Below the pieces are notes generated by a model. The model saw nothing but the letters and a program-made list of their open reading frames with translations, searched no databases and had not been told where the DNA came from. Made by a program: the position numbers and the translations under genes. A stretch of 64,000 bases of DNA. It comes from Bacillota bacterium (GTDB lineage: Bacteria; Bacillota; Clostridia; Ch29). Location: contig JAQUCT010000003.1 in NCBI GenBank assembly GCA_028686075.1, positions 12,796 through 76,795 on the forward strand. Direction: 5' to 3'. Positions 48,051 to 57,960 of this stretch are shown here, in pieces. The stretch's first letter is position 1; each line of letters starts with the position of its first letter.

Positions 48051-49307
48051 CTACTGTTCACTGGCCTGAGGCCGTGGTACGCAGATTACCTGTCCTGGCT
48101 CAATTTCGTCAAGGTCTATATCTGGGTTGAGCCGCCTTAAGGCGGCGGGCGTGGTGTTAAATCTCCTGGCGATGGATGAAACGGTATCTCCGCGCCTTAC
48201 GGTGTACGGTCTTGAGCCGGCCGGGCATTCCTCAGGCTCCGGTTCTTCCGGTCTCGGGACACAGATAACCTGCCCTATCTGTAGGTTGTTGGGGTCCACA
48301 TTCGGATTGAGCCGCCTTAAGGCGTTTACAGTGGTGTTAAACCTCTGAGCAAGGGAGAAAAAGGTATCCCCCGACCTGATGGTATAAGGCCTTGAGCCTT
48401 GGGGGCACTCATCCGGCGGTTCCGGTGCAGCCGTCGGTATACATATTACCTGGCCTATCTGCAGGTTATTTGGGTCTATGCCCGGGTTGGCATCGATAAT
48501 GGCCTCAACGGTTGTGTTGAATCTATTTGCGAGGGCAAAAAGCGTATCCCCCGACCTGATGGTGTATGGTCTTGTATTTGCAGGACACTCATCTGGCGGT
48601 GTAGCCACAGGGATACAGATTATTTGGCCCACCCTCAGCGATTCGGGGTCTAAACCGGGATTTATTCTCAGTATGGCATTAACCGTTGTGCCAAACCTCC
48701 TAGCCAGAGCAAACAGGGTATCCCCCGCCCTAATTGTATAACGCCTTGAGCCTGGAGGACAGGTTACAGGAGGACCCGGCCGCGGAATACATATCACCTG
48801 ACCTACCAGCAGAGCATCGGGATTTACTCCTGGGTTTGCGTCAATAAGCGCTTCAAGGGAAACATTGAACCTTTGAGCTATTGCAAAGAAAGTATCTCCT
48901 GCCCTTATTGTATAGGCCTCGGTGTTTTCCGGGCATTCACCCGGTTCTGCCAGCGGGATACAAATCCTCTGGCCTATCATAAGCCTGTTGGGGTCAATTC
49001 CCGGGTTAGCCTCCAGCAAATCGTCCAGCGGTACATTGAACCGGCGCGAAATAGCGAACAACGTATCCCCGGCGCGTATGGTGTAAAAGTTGCCTCCCGG
49101 GCAGGGTGTCGGCAGAGGCACCGGCTGTGTGGGTATACATATTACCTGACCCACCTGAAGGAAATTGGGGTTAACGTTGGGGTTAGCAGCAATTAGAGCC
49201 GGTACTGTTGTGTTGAATCGCTGTGCGATGGAAAAGAAAGTATCGCCCGGCCTGACTGTGTAGGCTAGCATATTTGGAGGGCATTGTCTCCCCATATAGT
49301 TATACAC
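48051..49307 (-). CDS. Seven-repeat LysM protein with conserved Cys pairs, no signal peptide (SafA-like spore-coat candidate)
   Basis: Seven units of the form CP...YT(I/V)R.GDT.F..A.RFN..V.......NP...P..L..GQ.IC(I/V)P separated by Pro-rich linkers. Confidence 0.85.
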   Translation of the reverse strand: MYNYMGRQCPPNMLAYTVRPGDTFFSIAQRFNTTVPALIAANPNVNPNFLQVGQVICIPTQPVPLPTPCPGGNFYTIRAGDTLFAISRRFNVPLDDLLEANPGIDPNRLMIGQRICIPLAEPGECPENTEAYTIRAGDTFFAIAQRFNVSLEALIDANPGVNPDALLVGQVICIPRPGPPVTCPPGSRRYTIRAGDTLFALARRFGTTVNAILRINPGLDPESLRVGQIICIPVATPPDECPANTRPYTIRSGDTLFALANRFNTTVEAIIDANPGIDPNNLQIGQVICIPTAAPEPPDECPQGSRPYTIRSGDTFFSLAQRFNTTVNALRRLNPNVDPNNLQIGQVICVPRPEEPEPEECPAGSRPYTVRRGDTVSSIARRFNTTPAALRRLNPDIDLDEIEPGQVICVPRPQASEQ

Positions 49308-49476
49308 TTGAATATCACCTCCTCAATATAAGGTATTCAGATAATAGGAAAAAGTTCTGGGGTGGATAAAAATTATTAGCGGTTAATAATAGAGCACCAG
49401 AGAACGGTTAAAGGGTATCGGCGTTTATCGTCGAATATCAATAGTAAAAAGGCTGTGCAGGGGAGGTATGAGTTAA

Positions 49477-51405
49477 GTGAAATCCAGGATACTATTTGTA
49501 TCAACATACCCGGAACTGACGGCTATGGCTGGAGAGATTTCCGACAAACTAGGAATACCCCTTAATATACACGAGGGCGGGATAATGAGGGACGGGCATA
49601 TTTTTGCCAAGGAAAGGGAAAAGGAACTGGACGTAATAATAAGCTGCGGTGCCACGGCGGCCGCAATAAAGGAAATGGTGTCAATACCTGTCGTTTCGGT
49701 GGAGACAGGAACTGTTGATTTTCTGAATGCCCTTATAAAGGCCCGGGAATACGGGGACAGGATAGGGCTGGTAAGCTATAAGAACGAACGGCTTGAAGAC
49801 CTTGAGGGATTGAAAAGCGTGTTAAATATAGATTTCATAGATTTCCCCTATTCCAACAAGGAGGAACTGGAAGCTAGAATGGAGGATGCCCTGGCCTTCG
49901 AAAAGCTTACAGTGGTCAGTATGGGGAACTGCATAATAGAGGTAGCTGCAAAAAAGGGGCTAAAGGGCGTACTTATAAACCACAGTAGGAGATCTGTGGA
50001 ACAGGCCATAATTGCCGCCAGAAATATTAGCCACCTGGGCAGAAGGGAAAAGGAAAGGGCGGAGAGGCTTAAGGCGGTTATCGACTATTCCGGCGAAGGA
50101 ATAGTGGCCGCCGACAAAAATGGAGTTATAACCACCTTCAACCCCGCAGCGGAAAAAATATTAGGCATTAACGCGGCAGAGGCGGTAGGGCGCCCTGCGG
50201 GGGTGTTGGGTAAGGAAGGCTGCTTTGACGTATTCTACGGGGAACGCAGACAGGACCTTGGAAGGCTCATCAATATAAATAATACTCAGATAATACTCAA
50301 CAAAGTGCCCATTATAGTGGACAGCGAACAGGTGGGCACCGTTTTTACACTCCAGGAGGTATCAAGGATTCAGAAACTGGAGCACAAGGTAAGGAAAGAA
50401 CTCTATACGAAGGGGCTGGTGGCCCGGTACCGGTTTGAGGATATAATAGGTGAAAGCAGCGTAATAAAGGAGGCCATAATAAAGGCACAGAAGTTCGGCA
50501 GGACCTCCACAACGGTACTCATTGAGGGAGAGACAGGGACCGGTAAGGAGTTATTCGCCCAGAGCATACATAATATAAGCTCGAGGAGGAAGGGGCCCTT
50601 TGTAGCAATAAATTGCGCCGCCCTTCCGGAGAACCTGTTGGAGAGCGAACTGTTCGGTTATGAGGAGGGAGCCTTCACCGGGGCAAAAAAGGGAGGAAAG
50701 CCCGGGTTGTTTGAACTGGCCCACGGGGGGACCATTTTTCTGGATGAAATAAGCCAGATTTCGCCCAGGCTTCAAAGTAGGCTCCTTAGGGTGATACAGG
50801 AAAAGGAAGTGCTGCGTATTGGCGGGGAATATATACTCAATATAGATGCCAGGGTTATTTCCGCAACTAATCACAATCTTTACGAACTGGTACAAAAGGG
50901 TGAGTTCCGGGAGGACCTGTTCTTCCGTATAAATGTGTTAAACCTTAAGGTCCCACCCCTTAGGGCAAGGAGGGAAGACATTCCGTTACTCGCAGGGTAC
51001 CTTTTAAAGAATGCCAACCACAGGCATAATACCCACATTACCGACATAACCGACGGTGGGATGGAGCTTTTGAAAAGGTATAACTGGCCGGGGAACGTAA
51101 GGGAACTGGAAAGCTTTGCGGAGAAGATGGTAATCCTTGCAGAGCAGCCGGTTATTGACCAGTATTTTGTGCGGCAGCTTCTGTCTGCCCATGCGGTGTA
51201 CAAGGATACCGGCACCGGTAAAAACGCAGACAGGGATGACGTCATAGAGGTAAGCGTCGGTTCTTTAAGGGATATGGAACTGCAGCTTATAGAGACCATA
51301 AGCAGCAGGTACAGGGGCGATAAACAACTCATTTCCGGGAAACTGGGTATAAGCAGAACAACCCTCTGGAAAAAGCTTAAGGAACTGGAGGCCGAAGACC
51401 AGTAA
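49477..51405 (+). CDS. Sigma-54-dependent transcriptional activator (PrpR_N sensor, PAS, AAA+, Fis HTH)
   Basis: PrpR-like N-domain, Walker A GETGTGKE, the GAFTGA loop (EEGAFTGA), and a C-terminal GISRTTLWKKLK. GTG start. Confidence 0.9.
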   Translation: MKSRILFVSTYPELTAMAGEISDKLGIPLNIHEGGIMRDGHIFAKEREKELDVIISCGATAAAIKEMVSIPVVSVETGTVDFLNALIKAREYGDRIGLVSYKNERLEDLEGLKSVLNIDFIDFPYSNKEELEARMEDALAFEKLTVVSMGNCIIEVAAKKGLKGVLINHSRRSVEQAIIAARNISHLGRREKERAERLKAVIDYSGEGIVAADKNGVITTFNPAAEKILGINAAEAVGRPAGVLGKEGCFDVFYGERRQDLGRLININNTQIILNKVPIIVDSEQVGTVFTLQEVSRIQKLEHKVRKELYTKGLVARYRFEDIIGESSVIKEAIIKAQKFGRTSTTVLIEGETGTGKELFAQSIHNISSRRKGPFVAINCAALPENLLESELFGYEEGAFTGAKKGGKPGLFELAHGGTIFLDEISQISPRLQSRLLRVIQEKEVLRIGGEYILNIDARVISATNHNLYELVQKGEFREDLFFRINVLNLKVPPLRARREDIPLLAGYLLKNANHRHNTHITDITDGGMELLKRYNWPGNVRELESFAEKMVILAEQPVIDQYFVRQLLSAHAVYKDTGTGKNADRDDVIEVSVGSLRDMELQLIETISSRYRGDKQLISGKLGISRTTLWKKLKELEAEDQ

Positions 51406-51571
51406 AAAACCTATTTTCAAACCCTTCTTGTTTAAATTATTAACAAATCCCGTTCATTTATCAACAATCGAAACACTATAGTGCCCTGAGTTCAAAACGC
51501 TGGGCTTTGGTATCGCTTACGGTAAGGCGGGTCCCTTAGAGGTTGCGGCAAATACACGTCGGTGACCGGAG

Positions 51572-51587
51572 TGGTATGGATTTTGCT
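51572..51587 (+). promoter_or_regulatory. Sigma-54 (-24/-12) promoter
   Basis: TGGTATGGATTTTGCT matches TGGYAY-N5-TTGCW, with GG and GC at the canonical spacing. It lies 55 nt upstream of the ferredoxin-subunit ATG. Confidence 0.8.
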
Positions 51588-51642
51588 ACTGTATACCGGT
51601 AATGAGAGATGTACGAAATATTTGCGAAAAGGGGTAAGGCAT

Positions 51643-51849
51643 ATGAACAGCGTAACGGTCAACGGGTTATGGTGCAAGAAATGCGGTATATGTGTAGAAT
51701 ATTGCCCTGCAAAGGTTTTTACGGCGGAAAAAGACGGTACTCCGGTGCCGGCCTACCAGGAGAAATGTACCGGCTGCGGGATTTGTGTTTTAAGATGTCC
51801 GGACTTTGCACTGGACGTGGGGGTGGATGTAGATGACGGTAAAAGGTAA
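51643..51849 (+). CDS. 2-oxoacid:ferredoxin oxidoreductase delta subunit (2x[4Fe-4S] ferredoxin)
   Basis: CKKCGICVEYCP and CTGCGICVLRCP. The internal ATG at 51643 follows AAGGGG. Confidence 0.85.
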   Translation: MNSVTVNGLWCKKCGICVEYCPAKVFTAEKDGTPVPAYQEKCTGCGICVLRCPDFALDVGVDVDDGKR

Positions 51850-52981
51850 TGTAAGGTTTATCCAGGGCAACGAAGCCATGGCCGAGGGCGCACTGGCCGC
51901 CGGGGCGAGATTTTTTGCCGGTTATCCCATAACCCCATCCTCCGAGATAGCGGAGGTTTCCTCCAGACGTCTGCCCAAGCTAGGCGGCGTATACGTGCAG
52001 ATGGAGGACGAGATAGGCTCAATTGCAGCGGTTATAGGTGCCTCGGTTGCCGGCAAAAAGTCATTTACCGCCACCAGCGGGCCGGGATTTTCGCTTATGC
52101 AGGAGAACCTGGGCGTAGCGGTAATGGCGGAAGTGCCCTGCGTCATTATAAATGTACAGCGCTCGGGGCCAAGCACCGGGCTTGCCACAAAGCCCGCCCA
52201 GGGCGATGTTATGCAGTGCCGGTGGGGTACCCACGGCGACCACGGAATAATAGTGTTGTCGCCCTCCTCGGTACAGGACTGCTATGACCTTACCATAAAG
52301 GCCTTTAGCCTTGCTGAGGAGTACAGGACACCGGTAATTCTCCTGGCAGACGAAATAGTGGGACACATGCGGGAGAAGGTGGTATTTCAGGAGCTCCAGA
52401 CTGATGAAATAAAGGTGCGGAAAGCCCCGGGCTGCAGTCCGGAATATTATAAACCCTTCCGGCTTGGTGAAGGGGTTACGCCGCTGGCGTGCTACGGCGG
52501 CGAGCATGTTTTCAGGGTGTCCGGCTCCACCCACGACGAATGGGGCTTTGCCTGCAGCAGGCCGGGAAACGCCGAAAAGTACATAAGACACTACACCGAA
52601 AAGATAGAGAATAACAGGGACAGGATAGTATTAACGAGAGAATATAACCTGTCCGATGCGGAATACACCATTGTTACATTCGGCTGCACAACAAGGTCGG
52701 CCCTGGAAGCGATGTACATAGCACGGAGTACGGGCAAAAGGGTGGGCGTGTTGGAGCTTGTTACTTTGTGGCCCTTTGCGGAGGAAAGTGTAATGGAGGC
52801 ATGTCAAAACGCCAGGGCGGTAATAGTCCCTGAGATGAACCTGGGCCAGGTGTTAAGGGAGGTTCAAAGGGTGGTCGGCAGGAATATTCCGGTGGTCGGT
52901 GTAAACAAAGTGGACAGCAAGGCAATACGCCCTGCGGAAATACTGGACAAAATAAGGGAGGTGGAGACATGTCTAGTATAA
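51833..52981 (+). CDS. 2-oxoacid:ferredoxin oxidoreductase alpha subunit (KorA/VorA-type)
   Basis: GNEA.A.GA..AG..F.AGYPITPSSEI...E.E..S......GAS..G....TATSGPG.SLM.E. Confidence 0.9.
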   Translation: MTVKGNVRFIQGNEAMAEGALAAGARFFAGYPITPSSEIAEVSSRRLPKLGGVYVQMEDEIGSIAAVIGASVAGKKSFTATSGPGFSLMQENLGVAVMAEVPCVIINVQRSGPSTGLATKPAQGDVMQCRWGTHGDHGIIVLSPSSVQDCYDLTIKAFSLAEEYRTPVILLADEIVGHMREKVVFQELQTDEIKVRKAPGCSPEYYKPFRLGEGVTPLACYGGEHVFRVSGSTHDEWGFACSRPGNAEKYIRHYTEKIENNRDRIVLTREYNLSDAEYTIVTFGCTTRSALEAMYIARSTGKRVGVLELVTLWPFAEESVMEACQNARAVIVPEMNLGQVLREVQRVVGRNIPVVGVNKVDSKAIRPAEILDKIREVETCLV

Positions 52982-53808
52982 AATACGACGACTACCTGCT
53001 GAAGGATAAACTACCTTTGTTCTGGTGCGGCGGCTGCGGTAACGGGAACGTTTTGGGGTCCATATTGAGGGCCTTTGCCAACCTCAAATTTAAGAGGCAA
53101 AAAACAGTGGTGGTAACCGGAATAGGCTGTTGGGGCAAGGCCGACGATTATATTAACACCAATACATTCCACGGTACCCACGGCAGGGCCCTGGCCTTTG
53201 CCACAGGGATTAAGCTTGCCAACCCGGACCTGAATGTTATAGCCCTTATGGGGGATGGCGACGGTGCCACCATTGGCGGAAACCATCTTATACATGCGGC
53301 CAGGAGGAATGTGGATATTACCGCCGTTTTGGTAAACAACTTTAACTACGGAATGACCGGCGGACAGTATTCGGGTACAACGCCGGAGCATTCATTCACC
53401 TCCACCTCGAGGTACGGTCACATTGAGGAGGGTTTTGACTTGTGCAAGTTGGCGGCGGCGGCGGGGGCCCCTTTTGTGGCAAGAGGTACGGTGTATGGAA
53501 TTACCCAGCTTGACAAACTGGTGGAACAGGCCCTTTGTAAAAAAGGCTTCTCCTTTGTAGAGGTTATAACACCCTGCCCGACCCACTTCGGGAGGCTAAA
53601 CGGCTTAAAAACGGCATCGTTGATGCTTAACTGGATTAAGGAAAACAGCGTTACCAAAAATCAGGCGGAGAAGATGTCCGACGGAGAAATAAGGGGCAAG
53701 TTTGTTACCGGGGTATTTGTGGACGTGGATAAGGAGGACTACAGCACCAGGTACAAGAAGCTTCAGCAAAGGGCAGCGGAAGCAGTGGAAGGGGGCTGCG
53801 ATAAATGA
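52969..53808 (+). CDS. 2-oxoacid:ferredoxin oxidoreductase beta subunit (TPP-binding)
   Basis: WCGGCGNG, THGRA and GDGD..IGGNH TPP motif. Confidence 0.9.
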   Translation: MSSIKYDDYLLKDKLPLFWCGGCGNGNVLGSILRAFANLKFKRQKTVVVTGIGCWGKADDYINTNTFHGTHGRALAFATGIKLANPDLNVIALMGDGDGATIGGNHLIHAARRNVDITAVLVNNFNYGMTGGQYSGTTPEHSFTSTSRYGHIEEGFDLCKLAAAAGAPFVARGTVYGITQLDKLVEQALCKKGFSFVEVITPCPTHFGRLNGLKTASLMLNWIKENSVTKNQAEKMSDGEIRGKFVTGVFVDVDKEDYSTRYKKLQQRAAEAVEGGCDK

Positions 53809-54380
53809 AGGACAGGTGGGAGATAATACTAAGCGGTGTAGGTGGCCAGGGCCTTATTCTAAGCGGTACCATACTGGGTGAAGCGGCTGTCGTTTATGAG
53901 GGCAAAAACGCGACACTGACCTCATCGTACGGTACCGAGACCCGGGGTACCTTTACCAAGTCTGATATAATAATAAGCAGCGGGGATATTTATTTCCCGG
54001 AGGTTACAAAGGCGGATATAGTACTTGCTCTTGCACCGGTTGCCTATGACAGGTGTATATCCGACATGGATAAGGATGCGGTACTTATATACGACAGCGA
54101 CCTTATAACCGATGTAAAGAATACGGGGGTAAGGCAGTACGGGTGTCCTATTACCCAAACGGCCCGGCGGCTGGGAAACGCTACGGCGGCCAATCTGGTG
54201 GCCCTTGGCATTATAGCGAGGATGACCGGGGTGGTATCTGAAACCTCGGTGATTAAGGCAATTGGCGATAGGTTTCCGGCAAAGTCCCAGGTGGCAGAGC
54301 TAAATATAAAAGCTTTCAAAGGAGGCGTTATAATATGCAAAATCAATCTCTATACGGGACAAGGGGTAGGGTGGAAGTGA
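53805..54380 (+). CDS. 2-oxoacid:ferredoxin oxidoreductase gamma subunit
   Basis: [24 protein letters not shown]-terminus, typical of gamma subunits. Confidence 0.85.
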   Translation: MKDRWEIILSGVGGQGLILSGTILGEAAVVYEGKNATLTSSYGTETRGTFTKSDIIISSGDIYFPEVTKADIVLALAPVAYDRCISDMDKDAVLIYDSDLITDVKNTGVRQYGCPITQTARRLGNATAANLVALGIIARMTGVVSETSVIKAIGDRFPAKSQVAELNIKAFKGGVIICKINLYTGQGVGWK

Positions 54381-54880
54381 TAAAGGGCGATATCACCCGG
54401 ATGGAGGTGGACGCGATAGTAAATGCGGCGAATAAATCGCTGCTGGGCGGTGGTGGAGTTGACGGTGCCATACACAGGGCTGCCGGGCGGGACCTTTTGG
54501 AGGAGTGCAAGACCCTGGGGGGCTGCGAAACCGGAAGAGCCAAGGCAACAAAGGGTTATAAGCTGCCCGCCGGGATGGTTATCCACACAGTCGGCCCGGT
54601 GTGGCGAGGCGGCGACCGGGGCGAGCCGGAACTGCTGCATTCCTGCTATGTTAATTCCCTGGAGCTGGCGGTGCAAAGAGATGCCCGTACCGTTGCCTTT
54701 CCGTCCATAAGCACCGGTGTGTACGGGTACCCCATTGACAAGGCTGCGGGTATTGCCTGTCGGGCTGTTAAGGGGATGTTGGAACAGTACCCGCCCGAGA
54801 AGCTGGAAAAGGTATACTTTGTCTGCTTTGACGACAGGGCGTATAAGACATATATGGACCTTTTATCCATATTTGATTGA
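54335..54880 (+). CDS. Macro-domain protein (O-acetyl-ADP-ribose deacetylase, MacroD/YmdB-type)
   Basis: GDIT...[23 protein letters not shown] and [22 protein letters not shown]. Overlaps the gamma subunit by 46 nt. Confidence 0.9.
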   Translation: MQNQSLYGTRGRVEVIKGDITRMEVDAIVNAANKSLLGGGGVDGAIHRAAGRDLLEECKTLGGCETGRAKATKGYKLPAGMVIHTVGPVWRGGDRGEPELLHSCYVNSLELAVQRDARTVAFPSISTGVYGYPIDKAAGIACRAVKGMLEQYPPEKLEKVYFVCFDDRAYKTYMDLLSIFD

Positions 54881-55045
54881 ATGAAAAAATGAGGGTTTGG
54901 CGCAGCAGGGGGATGGTATCGCCTAATAATACGGTGGTGCCATTCCTTTTGGTTATCCTTTATGAATTGGTGGTTTTGACACATTTGATATAATATAGTA
55001 GTGAGCCGGTATAATAAAAAAGAAATGAAAAAAGGAGATGATTGT

Positions 55046-55654
55046 GTGTTGGATTTAGTTGCCATTACAGGGGCCGGGATATCCAAGGCAAGTGGAATAC
55101 CCACCTTTGTGGAGATGGGGGACCTGCGGGAAAAGCTTAGCAGGGATTATTTTCGTGCCCATCCGAAGAATTTTTATCAAATAGTATTGGATATGAAAAA
55201 GAAAATAGACAGTGCCCAGCCCAATGCGGCCCATAGGGCGCTGGCGGAATGCCGTATACCGGTGATAACCATGAATATAGACGGACTGCATACAAAGGCC
55301 GGGAGCGAGGGAGTACTGGAGGTCCATGGGAACCTGGACTATGTCGAATGCCTAAGGTGCAAAAAAAGGCATGGATACCATGAGGTGGAGGAATCTATAT
55401 ATTGTAAAGGGTGTGGAAGTATATATGAGCCCAACGTGGTGCTATACGGGGACAGCATACGCCATTTCTATGAAGCCATTGAGCTGGCCGGGTCCTGTAA
55501 GCAGGTGCTGGTGATAGGCACATCCTTTTATACATCTACTGTAAACGTTTTTGTGGATAGTGCTCGGATGGCTGGGGTAAAAATTCATGTAATAAACAAA
55601 GACGCGGAAAATGAGGTTCCAAAATTCCTGAAGGAGCTTTCAAGTAAGGCATAG
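55046..55654 (+). CDS. Sir2-family NAD-dependent protein deacylase (short form)
   Basis: TGAGIS..SGIPTF, NIDGLH, EVHGN and a Cys4 zinc ribbon (CLRC...CKGC). The GTG at 55046 lies 8 nt after GGAG, and alternative ATG/GTG starts lie upstream. Confidence 0.85.
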   Translation: MLDLVAITGAGISKASGIPTFVEMGDLREKLSRDYFRAHPKNFYQIVLDMKKKIDSAQPNAAHRALAECRIPVITMNIDGLHTKAGSEGVLEVHGNLDYVECLRCKKRHGYHEVEESIYCKGCGSIYEPNVVLYGDSIRHFYEAIELAGSCKQVLVIGTSFYTSTVNVFVDSARMAGVKIHVINKDAENEVPKFLKELSSKA

Positions 55655-55772
55655 ACAACTGCCGCACAGACTAAGTATATCCGGATAGATTAACCCTGTT
55701 GGTATAATGAGGACCTTCACACCGCCTGGTCCCAGAGGGAACTGTCCAGGATGAAGAAATAGCAGCAGCTTT

Positions 55773-57158
55773 TCATTTGATTTCTGCGGCAAGGGCCTTG
55801 GATACCTGCTCGGCTTCTTCCTTTTCCAGATTTCTAATCCCGTGGTAAAACCATACACCCGTTAAAAGGGTCGCAAAAAAGTCCGCAAAGGGTGTTGCGT
55901 GCAAAAGCCCTGTAATGCCCCAGTACTTAGGGAATATAATAACCGCTGGAATAAGCAGTATTAACTGGCGGGTTAGTGTCAAAAACATAGCGGATTTGGG
56001 TCTGCCAATGGCCTGGAAATAGTTTGACCCGACAATGTGAAACCCCACTATCGGCAGGCACATAAACCATGTTACAAGCGCGTAGCTGGAAAATTGGACC
56101 AGCTCCGGTTCGCGGTTGAAAAGTGAAATAAGTTGTACCGGGAAAAGCCTTATTGTGGCGTATCCCACAATTACTATTGCGGTGGCGGCAACAATAGCAA
56201 GGCCTGCGGCGGTTTTCACCCGTTTGTATTTTTTGGCACCGTAGTTGAAGCTTATTATGGGCTGCATTCCCTGCCTTATACCCATAAGGGGCATAAGTAG
56301 CATAGTCCGTAGGCTGTTTATTATGCCCATGCCCGATACGGCAACATCCCCGCCATAAATTAGCAGGCTTCTGTTGAGTATAGCGTTTAAAATACTGTTG
56401 GAAACGCTAATAAAAAATCCAGGCAGTCCTAGGGCGATAGTTTTCAATACAATACCCAGCTTGAGTTTCATATATTTAAACTTGAGCTTATTATTGCAGC
56501 GGTTGCCTAAGAAATAGGATATCACCCATGTGGCAGATATGGCCTGTGCCAGTATGGTGGCAAGGGCTGCCCCTGCCATACCCATTCTTAAAATATAGAT
56601 AAATATAGGGTCTAAAATTATATTTACGCCGGCACCCATAAACATAGTTATCATGGCAATTTTGGGGTTGCCGTCGGCACGAATAAAATTGTTCATACCC
56701 ATGCTTATTACCTGGAAAACCGCTCCAAAGAAAATTATGCGCATGTATTCCACTGAATAGGGTAGTACTGTTTGGCTGGCCCCGAAAAGGGACAGTATTG
56801 GCTCTAAGAAAATCTGTCCCAGGACCATGAATGTAAGACCGGATATTGCAAGCATTATAATAGAGTTGCCCAGTGCGTTTCGGGCGTCCTCTCTACGGTC
56901 TTCACCCAATCTTAGGGAAAACAGGGTTGCTCCACCAACCCCGAACAGGTTTCCCATGGACATAAGTATTATCATAATGGGAAAACAGATTGTGATTCCT
57001 GCCAGGCCGTAGGACCCCAGGTCGGGGCTGTTGCCTATGAAAATTCTGTCTATAACGTTGTAGAGGGAATTTACAACCATGCCCACTATGGCGGGCACTG
57101 AATATTTTAAAAGCAGCTTAGGTATTTTTTCTTTGCCCAGAGGGTTTGAATTTTTCAT
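55773..57158 (-). CDS. MATE-family multidrug efflux transporter
   Basis: 12-TM protein with a MATE N-terminus (LLLKYSVPAIVGMVVNSLYNVIDRIFIG). The ATG at 57158 follows GGAGGAA. Confidence 0.9.
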   Translation of the reverse strand: MKNSNPLGKEKIPKLLLKYSVPAIVGMVVNSLYNVIDRIFIGNSPDLGSYGLAGITICFPIMIILMSMGNLFGVGGATLFSLRLGEDRREDARNALGNSIIMLAISGLTFMVLGQIFLEPILSLFGASQTVLPYSVEYMRIIFFGAVFQVISMGMNNFIRADGNPKIAMITMFMGAGVNIILDPIFIYILRMGMAGAALATILAQAISATWVISYFLGNRCNNKLKFKYMKLKLGIVLKTIALGLPGFFISVSNSILNAILNRSLLIYGGDVAVSGMGIINSLRTMLLMPLMGIRQGMQPIISFNYGAKKYKRVKTAAGLAIVAATAIVIVGYATIRLFPVQLISLFNREPELVQFSSYALVTWFMCLPIVGFHIVGSNYFQAIGRPKSAMFLTLTRQLILLIPAVIIFPKYWGITGLLHATPFADFFATLLTGVWFYHGIRNLEKEEAEQVSKALAAEIK

Positions 57159-57606
57159 GTCGGGATTCCTCCAATGTCTTTGTGAAATTTGTATCTTCAA
57201 CTCTTTCTACCATCTTTTCCAGCGTGTCAATTACCACACCGGCGGTCGCTTCGTCAATTCCCTCGGTAAGGAAATCGCTCCAGCACCGAATCCTCCTCCA
57301 TATTTCCTCCTTGTGGGCCCTAGCCTTATCGGTAAGAAATATTCGGTTGAACCTTTTGTCTGCTTGGTCCTTGCACTTGGTCACGTATCCCTTTTGTTCA
57401 AGGGATTGAACGGCCCGGGCTGTTGCGGCCTTGTCTATATACAAATAGCATGACATATCATCCTGGGTAGCACCGTTTTTTTTGTATAAATATAGAAGAA
57501 AGGAGTATTCCGCCGAAGTGATGCCAAACTCCTTCAGTGAACAATTAATATATACCTGCGACTGCCGATGCAGTATAGACATAAGTCGTCCGAAACTCCT
57601 TTTCAA
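57118..57606 (-). CDS. MarR-family transcriptional regulator
   Basis: Winged-HTH region (ITSAEYSFLLYLYKKNGATQDDMSCYLYIDKAATARAVQSLEQKGYV..K...DKR). The TTG start at 57606 after GGGAGGAAG is inferred. Overlaps the MATE start by 41 nt. Confidence 0.8.
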   Translation of the reverse strand: MKRSFGRLMSILHRQSQVYINCSLKEFGITSAEYSFLLYLYKKNGATQDDMSCYLYIDKAATARAVQSLEQKGYVTKCKDQADKRFNRIFLTDKARAHKEEIWRRIRCWSDFLTEGIDEATAGVVIDTLEKMVERVEDTNFTKTLEESRHEKFKPSGQRKNT

Positions 57607-57690
57607 AACCCTTCCTCCCTTGTACACTACGGGCATCAGTCGATTAGGACGTAAATTTCCAGTTTTCACTTGATATCACACTGCTGCGCT

Positions 57691-57741
57691 TAGTTGACTT
57701 ATCAACTATTATAATACAAACATGTGATAAGTCAACTATTA
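57691..57741 (-). promoter_or_regulatory. Promoter of the marR-MATE operon with palindromic operator
   Basis: On the minus strand: TTGACT (57735-30), 16 nt, TATAAT (57713-08). The perfect palindrome TAGTTGA-CTTA-TCAACTA (57691-57708) lies just downstream of the -10. A 12-nt half-site ATAAGTCAACTA is repeated over the -35. Confidence 0.65.
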
Positions 57742-57960
57742 AAGGCACCAACCATTAGGCTATATACAACGCATCAATAGTAGTATTAACAAAATGCGGG
57801 CGACTACACGTCGCCCCTACTATAATACCGGGTTATCAACATGTACTTCAGCGAGTAAACAACGGGAAGGAAATCTGGGGATAGAAATAGAATACTTAAC
57901 CCATTACTATTAACAGGATTCCAAACAATTCTTCGTAAAATGCCAGAAGGAGGAGCAGCA

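Noticed and set aside
48051-49307. ~170-180-bp periodic DNA repeats on the minus strand as a non-coding tandem repeat or mobile array.
   Set aside because: The periodicity is fully explained by seven LysM modules in one continuous ORF, with codon-level divergence between units.
57797-57815. Orphan hairpin GGGCGAC-TACAC-GTCGCCC between the marR promoter region and the fumarate hydratase gene.
   Set aside because: It has a short 7-bp stem, no adjacent U-run on the + strand, and no convergent gene to terminate. It adjoins a solo repeat end, so it is most likely part of that relic.
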